The notes below the pieces were generated by a model. It was given only the letters and a program-made list of their open reading frames with translations. It was not told where the DNA came from and did not search any database. Both the position numbers and the translations under genes were made by a program. Shown here piece by piece: positions 57,748 through 64,000 of a stretch of DNA of 64,000 bases (positions are counted from its first letter, which is position 1; each line of letters starts with the position of its first letter). Source of the DNA: a virus (Duplodnaviria > Caudoviricetes); IMG/VR virus record IMGVR_UViG_3300020814_000535. The stretch is one strand, 5' to 3'.

Positions 57748-59399
57748 TATTCTTCTCTCCAAACAGTCACGCTATCATATTCGTCTCTCAAGAAGAGAAT
57801 CTTCTTTTCATAGTCGATCAACATAGTGTCGTAAAATCGGCCGATCTTGTGAACTGCTCCTGTTTGATCTCTTAACCAAATGAAGTTGTCGGAATCAAAA
57901 TCAATTCCCGTGACAAGATTGGAGAGCCCGAGAGTTTCTAGATCGTATTCTCCGACAGGAAGAAGCTTTGGCGAATAGACTACACAACGTTTATCTGTCT
58001 CTTTTGTTCCGTCCTCGAAGTAGGTCTCTAGGATAAATGTGTAGGTGCCCGCTGTAGAAAGAGTTAGTTCAACCGGCTGTCTTAGATAGCGAGTTCTTGG
58101 CTCTCCGTAGACATAATAGTCTGTCGCGGAATTGTAGGCCTCCATGGTCCCGTCTTCTAGAAGACCCCATCTATTCCCATTCTCGTGCTCAATAAAGACC
58201 CTGTGTCTATCGATACCCTTCGAGGGATTTCTCCAGAAGAGTTCCAAGGTCAGAACCTCTCCTGAGATAACGAAATCAGAATCTGTTTCAATCCGACAAA
58301 CAGGATCTGCATCTTTCCCCGCAAGGGTTTGAAGATTGATATACGGGAGATCTGCGCTGTAGCAGTAGAGCTTATGATGGGTTGTTACCCAGATTCGATC
58401 TGAATGTGGTTCTACAGCCAAGTCGGTAGCGTCAATTGCAATCTCGTCGCTATCAACTAACTCTTGAGAAATCTTTGCGTGCGTGCCCACAAACCCATCT
58501 ACTTTCATTTCCAATTCAGGATGGTCGTAGACAACAAAGTCCAGGGTTGCTGCTCCCGGAGAACCACTTCCAATGGCCCAGAAAGAAGGAATGTCTAAAC
58601 CAGTGTCCTCGTCATAATCAATGTAATAATTTGTTTTGTAAGGGGGATTCTGGAAATCAAACATTGTGACTCTTACATCTACATCATCTGACGGGTCTGC
58701 ATTGTAAATATACAAGCCGCTTACGGAATAGAATTTATTTGTCGTCTGCCACTTTTCGTCATAAATTAATCCGTGTTCCTCGGTTAGTTCGGTGCCAGAT
58801 TGAGTCTCTCCGATCAATTGGACTGTTCCGCGCCGAACCTCGTTCATTGTATTCAGACTTAAGTAGGTTGTCCCGCCGCTTACAGTAACATGGAGTTTGT
58901 TTGGGATTCCCACCAAACCAGAATTGGCCAGAGGCTGGAGTGGGCTTGTAGAGGCAAATCCAGAGAAAAGCGTATTGACTGTGTTGATATGGCCAGCTGT
59001 ATAGTCTTCCAAAATAGAGATTCTCGAAGGAACGGCTTCCTTCCAGAAGTTAAAAACACTATTGTCATCCGCCAAACTTACTTCAAAGAATTGAGTCCCA
59101 ACCATTCCTGAAACAGTCGGGGGCAAATAATTACTTTCCATGTCGTCTTCATCTTGTTTGGCAAATTCAAAATCTCCAGGAAGATTAACCCTGTAGTGGA
59201 GACCTAAGTCATTTGGATAGGTCGTTGAGAGATGGAAGTTTTCGGTTGTGTCCTGCAGTTGTTTGAAGACATCTTCGAATGCGACTCCTATCGCATTAAA
59301 GAACTGGAAACCAACACTCTGGATATCCCTTCTGGTATCCGACCAGTCAGGAAAAGAGTTAACTAATCGCTGAGTTATTCTAGCTCTTTGATTAGCCAT
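57747..59399 (-). CDS. Baseplate-associated structural protein
   Basis: 550 aa directly downstream of baseplate J; N-terminal LVNSFPDW resembles wedge proteins. Confidence 0.6.
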   Translation of the reverse strand: MANQRARITQRLVNSFPDWSDTRRDIQSVGFQFFNAIGVAFEDVFKQLQDTTENFHLSTTYPNDLGLHYRVNLPGDFEFAKQDEDDMESNYLPPTVSGMVGTQFFEVSLADDNSVFNFWKEAVPSRISILEDYTAGHINTVNTLFSGFASTSPLQPLANSGLVGIPNKLHVTVSGGTTYLSLNTMNEVRRGTVQLIGETQSGTELTEEHGLIYDEKWQTTNKFYSVSGLYIYNADPSDDVDVRVTMFDFQNPPYKTNYYIDYDEDTGLDIPSFWAIGSGSPGAATLDFVVYDHPELEMKVDGFVGTHAKISQELVDSDEIAIDATDLAVEPHSDRIWVTTHHKLYCYSADLPYINLQTLAGKDADPVCRIETDSDFVISGEVLTLELFWRNPSKGIDRHRVFIEHENGNRWGLLEDGTMEAYNSATDYYVYGEPRTRYLRQPVELTLSTAGTYTFILETYFEDGTKETDKRCVVYSPKLLPVGEYDLETLGLSNLVTGIDFDSDNFIWLRDQTGAVHKIGRFYDTMLIDYEKKILFLRDEYDSVTVWREE

Positions 59400-60635
59400 T
59401 TATTCATTAGTCCTCAAGCCAAACTTGCGTTCAAACACAACTGGATCTGCGGAAGTAGATTCAATGATTATTCGTTCATCTTCATTCGGAGTATAGTCTC
59501 CAAGCAGTTGTTCTGGAACTCTATTATCTTCTAAGCGACTGAGTTTGTAGATCCAAGACTCATCGATTGGATTTTGATAAGATCCGAAAGCGGAGATATT
59601 GTCATCAATGTCGTAAAGTCCGCCCATCATCCTATCCGCAATAAACGTCTCACCAAGGTCTAGGCCATTAATAAAATCTTTTACACTGTCCTTAAGCATA
59701 TTCTCAATTTCATCTAACTCATCTTCTGTTTGTCTCCTCTTGTACCAAACCCTTGTCTTCATCGAAAAGCCAAGCTCTTTTTGCTTCTTAATAAAGGCAA
59801 TTGAACCATAGCTTTGCTTGAGAGAAACTCGGCTAGTTACATTATCAACCAAAGTGTCAGAAGCTGTTGGTGTAACAGACTTAAGGATAATACCAAAAGT
59901 TCCAATGCCTTTATAGTTCTTTTTCATAATGACATCTGCAACTCCAGGAACTGAAAGGGCTGCTAGACGAAGGGATGTTTCATTGGCCGCTTCTGCATCA
60001 AAGACTTTCTTAGAGAGCCTGTATTTGTAATTGGTATCACTTTCTACATCTTTTCCACTTCCGATAGGATAAACGTTCGTAACCAGAAGAGTTGAATTCA
60101 GATAATCTGTGTAACTTATGAAATCATGATAGACCAACATGTTTGAGCCAACATTGTAGGAAGATCCAGGGCTAATCGCCTCTACTGAGGCCCAGGCCTG
60201 ATTTGCAGAGGCTCCACATGTCAGATCCGACATAAGGCGATAGACAATGCCGCTAGCACTCGCTTTGGAAGAGATGAGGGTTCCACGAGAGATAATGATC
60301 GGATTGCTGCTATTGATATTGCCGAAAGTTCCCGACTTTACATAGAACTTAACGTTCTGGAGATCTGATTCTGCCACAGCGGCATAACTTGGCTCTCTCG
60401 GCTCTCCCAACATGACCCCAAAGAGATCTAGGAACTGGCCTGAAGCTCCAGACAGAAAAGCCCTCATCAGGTTGATATCGAACTCCTGATAGGCAACCCT
60501 GAGAAGCTTGCTGACGATATCAAGAATAGCCCTAGCTTTCCCGCCAGGGGTTAGACGTGTAATGGCCGTATTCTCCGTTAACATCTGGAAAACTTCTTGT
60601 TGAATCTCTCTTTCTGTTTTAGCTAGGAACGGCAA
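59400..60635 (-). CDS. Baseplate J / gp6-like wedge protein
   Basis: ASGQFLDLFG, GSSYNV, ESDTNYKYRL and AALSVPGV. Confidence 0.88.
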   Translation of the reverse strand: MPFLAKTEREIQQEVFQMLTENTAITRLTPGGKARAILDIVSKLLRVAYQEFDINLMRAFLSGASGQFLDLFGVMLGEPREPSYAAVAESDLQNVKFYVKSGTFGNINSSNPIIISRGTLISSKASASGIVYRLMSDLTCGASANQAWASVEAISPGSSYNVGSNMLVYHDFISYTDYLNSTLLVTNVYPIGSGKDVESDTNYKYRLSKKVFDAEAANETSLRLAALSVPGVADVIMKKNYKGIGTFGIILKSVTPTASDTLVDNVTSRVSLKQSYGSIAFIKKQKELGFSMKTRVWYKRRQTEDELDEIENMLKDSVKDFINGLDLGETFIADRMMGGLYDIDDNISAFGSYQNPIDESWIYKLSRLEDNRVPEQLLGDYTPNEDERIIIESTSADPVVFERKFGLRTNE

Positions 60636-60646
60636 CTGTGGCCTCC

Positions 60647-61117
60647 TTAAATGTCAGCAGTTAGCTGGGGAGGTTCTTGAAGGAAGAAAACACCCTTCTC
60701 CATGTAGTTAAAAATAAACTGAATAACCAACAGTTGGTTGTTCTTTAATCTGTTGTAAGCCGTTGAAAGGGCTCCAATGCGAAGGATAATCAAAAGCTCG
60801 TGTCGATGTACGGGCAGTATGCCAATCGAAATATCTTTCTCGTTAACAACACCGAGCGCAGCAATGCAAGCTTTAAGGCGATCGTGAATTCTATTGGAGG
60901 TCTCTTTTACATTCGCTTCCCCAACAAAATCATCCAATCCAGCACCAATGCCAGGATAAAGCTCCCAGTCATAAAGACTGCTTTTTACAACAGTCTGAAT
61001 TTCCTGGACCAACGACATAAGGGTATCTTCTGAGGTGTCTGCTAAATCACCATCTTCGATTACAAGATCGCCACTGCTCGTCCATTTAAGGTCTATAGAA
61101 TCGTAATTGTCGGCCAA
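60647..61117 (-). CDS. gp25/W-like baseplate (sheath initiator) protein
   Basis: GDLVIEDGDL...YPGIGAGL..FVG, directly upstream of baseplate J. Confidence 0.75.
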   Translation of the reverse strand: MADNYDSIDLKWTSSGDLVIEDGDLADTSEDTLMSLVQEIQTVVKSSLYDWELYPGIGAGLDDFVGEANVKETSNRIHDRLKACIAALGVVNEKDISIGILPVHRHELLIILRIGALSTAYNRLKNNQLLVIQFIFNYMEKGVFFLQEPPQLTADI

Positions 61118-61129
61118 TATCCTAGCCTC

Positions 61130-61465
61130 TTAAACTAGCAAGCTCATAAAGAAAGCCACATCTTTTGCTATGTTAACCAATCCTACAATAGGAGGAATTG
61201 GGAGATGAGAGGGAAGTGGAGAAATAATTGTCGAAGGAATCATTTTGGTCATGTCGGGCATCTCAACAAACAAGCCGCCCCTGCGCACGCCTGTACCGTC
61301 TGTAATAAAAGAAACTTTTCCCTTTAGGAAAATACCATTCTCCGTTACAGAGATAAAATTATTTGCATTCCCAATGATTTGGGCAGCTTTATTAGAGAGG
61401 GTAATTCCTGCCTCTGCATCTTTGGATGCCTTAATGACTCTTTTTCTAGGATCCTTTTTTGCCAT
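61130..61465 (-). CDS. Putative baseplate spike-associated protein
   Basis: Short beta-repeat pattern in baseplate context; ATG 61465 follows AGGAAAGGA. Confidence 0.5.
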   Translation of the reverse strand: MAKKDPRKRVIKASKDAEAGITLSNKAAQIIGNANNFISVTENGIFLKGKVSFITDGTGVRRGGLFVEMPDMTKMIPSTIISPLPSHLPIPPIVGLVNIAKDVAFFMSLLV

Positions 61466-61476
61466 TAATTCCTTTC

Positions 61477-61887
61477 CTATGGCGTAAAAATTTCCCAAAG
61501 TCCCGTTTCTACATCGTTCAACAACTCTTCTTCTTGGCCTGGTTTTGCATCAGGAGCATGTGTAATTGTGGCCATCGCGTCAGAACCATCTGGAAATCTA
61601 TATTCTACATGAACTCCCCAACCAATAGTAACTGTTCCGAACTTCTCTCTAATTTCTTCTGCTGAATGAACAAGCCTAATCCATTTATCCTGCGCTATCA
61701 TAGATCCGTCGTTTCTATTGTAAGCTTTAATAGAGAGAGGAGATTGTCTAACTTGAGATATTATGCCATCTATTTTATGTAAAGATTCTAATGCTCCAAC
61801 AGAGCCAAGACCTGATTGTCTCTTTTGTTCGCCCGCGAGCGTAGACGCATACCCCATAACAGGACTAAGTTTGCCCGTAGAAGACAT
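61477..61887 (-). CDS. Putative baseplate protein (OB-fold-like)
   Basis: 136 aa between the hub-like and gp25-like genes. Confidence 0.5.
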   Translation of the reverse strand: MSSTGKLSPVMGYASTLAGEQKRQSGLGSVGALESLHKIDGIISQVRQSPLSIKAYNRNDGSMIAQDKWIRLVHSAEEIREKFGTVTIGWGVHVEYRFPDGSDAMATITHAPDAKPGQEEELLNDVETGLWEIFTP

Positions 61888-61926
61888 ACTACGATTATTT
61901 CAGTTTTTTAGATTTCTGCCAAGAAG

Positions 61927-63999
61927 CTAACCACCAATAGTACCTACGGCATATCGACCAGTCCACTTTTTGAGCGTACCAACGATATTGTCCATCGTAT
62001 CTTCAAACCAGGCGTCATAACCAAGATCTGCCTCTGGCTTCCATTCTCCAAACAAGGTGCTCCAGGTAGACGCAGGCATTTTTCTTGTAGGAATCCCGCC
62101 CGTAAATGGACGTCCATGATGCAACAATGGGTTCATCGTGATGGGTTCTCCCCAAGGCGTGTAATTAAGGATCTTTTTGGCCACAAAAAGACCGACAGCT
62201 CCCATGGCCGCACTTATTGGAGCAGACAGCATAGTTGAGTATGGACTACTTAAAGCCCTCAGCTTACTGGCGGCTTGTTCACCCCAAACCTTCTTGTAAA
62301 CGCCTTCGGTAATAACCCCCAAAGCCTCCATCGAGCTAAGGAGACACCAGTCGTTAACATACACACACATATCTGGAGTAACCTCGGTTAGAAAACCGCT
62401 CTCACGAGTGAAGGTGTGAACTACCTGCTCTACGTCTATAGGACCAACCATATCCGAATAATCGTCTACAATAAAAATCGTGTCATAAGGCTTGATGCTC
62501 GCATCGCCAATACCGATAATATCTCCTTTGTAAATATCTTTCGCATCTCTAGCTAACAAACTCAATGCGTAGCGTCTTGCCATGTTTTCGTTGTTTACAT
62601 TAACAAACTCACCTACTCTAACTCTTGTATCTTCTGTTGGCAGAGCATTATCAAGTTTCAAAGTAAAAGACTCCATCTCAGTTTGCATTTGCAAATCAAC
62701 AGATTCTTTCTTTTCAGAATCTACCTGGCTTTTTGGATACTTAATAACAATTGTATTGGCAACATCTCTTGCATCGGCCTTGATATTATTCGCTACGATA
62801 TGAGAAGCCCCCGTCCATAGATGATACTGTCTAAATGGGCGAATAAATCCTGCTTCTTTAGCCAACTGCAAACGCTGTTCGTTGTATTTGGCAAATGTCT
62901 TCTTTACTTCTTTTGTCTTGTTAAAGATCTGTTCAACACTATTTAAACTACCAGCACTAGTCCCCATTGGCGTAACTGCAGCAAGAACTTGGTGGGCATT
63001 TATTTGTTTCCGCGACTCAATCGTCTCTTCTTCCGCAATAGCTTTAACCTTAGCTTGAGCAGACTGTTCGTCTGAAGTAGCTGTTCTAGCAAAATACATC
63101 TGATTGGGAAGGCCAAAGAAGTAAGTCATCCGCTCGCCGTATTTGTCAGGATAAGGAACAGGAGAGCCAATAAAGTTTGGATGTCTTAGCTCGAGTTCCT
63201 TGAAGATATCCCAAATTGTTGTCTGATAAATAAAGTACTTCAATTCCTTAAAGATTATCCCAGACCCAAACTTAGCTAGATCCTCTTCTGCTCGAGGAGC
63301 AAAGATATTGTCGTCTTCCGGAGCAGGAACGAATTGCCACTTGTGGGTTAACAGATCTCGTTCACTCGTTGTATCTCCGCGCGCCCACCGACCAAAGTGG
63401 AGAATCTCAGGTTGAGCCAACATCTCCTCAAAGATACGTCCTGTTGTAGCGTTGTCAGTAAAACCCCACCAGCACCAGGTCCCAAGTCCCCAGGTATTCT
63501 TGGATGTCGGCTTATCTAGTCCTTTAATATCTTGTTGCAATTCAGTCGCGTGGCTTTGAGCAACAATGGTTACTAGATCGTCTGTATCCGAGAAGAGGAC
63601 AGCCTGTATCTTGCCTGTGAAAACTCCGTCTAGCAGTTTGGGATCCGCCGAATAACCCAATTTAAGATGAATGTCCATTCCTTCTTGAAGTAGAAGGGAG
63701 GCTATTGGATTCTCTTGAAGTGTATTTGCTTTCGAAGGATCATCTAAAGCTCCCATTTCCGACACCAAGTTGCCCTTGCTGTCTCTTGGAGCGTTGCCTT
63801 TTGAATCATATCTTCCTCTCTGCGAATCATCTTCATGTTTGAATTTTCTATTACTAAGAACTCCAGAAACATTTGTTAGCTCAATTACACAGAGATCTGC
63901 AGCAATCTTTCTGCTTTTGATAACGCGAATTGATTGAACAGAATTGTAAGAAAAGAAATCGTCATAGGCCAGGCGCTTTCTCTGACCCGAATCATCTTC
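61927..63999 (-). CDS. Large baseplate hub-like virion protein, 5'-truncated
   Basis: The frame is open to the window end. IHLKLGY...VFTGKI and GDIIGIGDASIKPYD...VEQVVHTF are hub (gp27/gp44-like) patterns. Confidence 0.7.
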   Translation of the reverse strand, partial: EDDSGQRKRLAYDDFFSYNSVQSIRVIKSRKIAADLCVIELTNVSGVLSNRKFKHEDDSQRGRYDSKGNAPRDSKGNLVSEMGALDDPSKANTLQENPIASLLLQEGMDIHLKLGYSADPKLLDGVFTGKIQAVLFSDTDDLVTIVAQSHATELQQDIKGLDKPTSKNTWGLGTWCWWGFTDNATTGRIFEEMLAQPEILHFGRWARGDTTSERDLLTHKWQFVPAPEDDNIFAPRAEEDLAKFGSGIIFKELKYFIYQTTIWDIFKELELRHPNFIGSPVPYPDKYGERMTYFFGLPNQMYFARTATSDEQSAQAKVKAIAEEETIESRKQINAHQVLAAVTPMGTSAGSLNSVEQIFNKTKEVKKTFAKYNEQRLQLAKEAGFIRPFRQYHLWTGASHIVANNIKADARDVANTIVIKYPKSQVDSEKKESVDLQMQTEMESFTLKLDNALPTEDTRVRVGEFVNVNNENMARRYALSLLARDAKDIYKGDIIGIGDASIKPYDTIFIVDDYSDMVGPIDVEQVVHTFTRESGFLTEVTPDMCVYVNDWCLLSSMEALGVITEGVYKKVWGEQAASKLRALSSPYSTMLSAPISAAMGAVGLFVAKKILNYTPWGEPITMNPLLHHGRPFTGGIPTRKMPASTWSTLFGEWKPEADLGYDAWFEDTMDNIVGTLKKWTGRYAVGTIGG

Positions 64000-64000
64000 G

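Noticed and set aside
1-64000. Alternative genetic code (stop-codon reassignment) as in some large phages
   Set aside because: Genes tile densely under the standard code, and TAA, TAG and TGA all end genes at sensible positions.

Overview
Gene-dense (about 40-45% GC by eye) segment of a large tailed (myovirus-like, probably jumbo) phage genome, truncated inside genes at both ends. Bases 1-8111 (+) carry an intein-containing DnaE-type DNA polymerase, nucleotide-metabolism genes and a DsrC/TusE sulfur-relay gene that hints at a sulfur-metabolising host. From 8112 onward almost everything is one long minus-strand run. In transcription order it holds baseplate and tail structural genes (64000-39 kb), a ~2 kb high-GC fibre cassette (36.9-38.9 kb), a ~16 kb glycan-synthesis cluster (35.7-19.6 kb: nucleotide-sugar enzymes, six glycosyltransferases, four methyltransferases), a primase-helicase, several PD-(D/E)XK nucleases, an amidase endolysin and a sigma-like protein. 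A solo TnpB element interrupts this run on the + strand. There are four inteins, three of them in glycan genes. The strongest finding is the intein at 29277-30167: it has no endonuclease in its own frame but hides a complete LAGLIDADG homing endonuclease gene, with its own Shine-Dalgarno, in the +1 frame, so 672 nt appear to be dual-coding. A second candidate system is a virion glycosylation pathway, possibly acting on recurring Ser-Gly motifs in structural proteins. All assignments come from motif recognition by eye; no database searches were run. No tRNA, rRNA or CRISPR array was seen.
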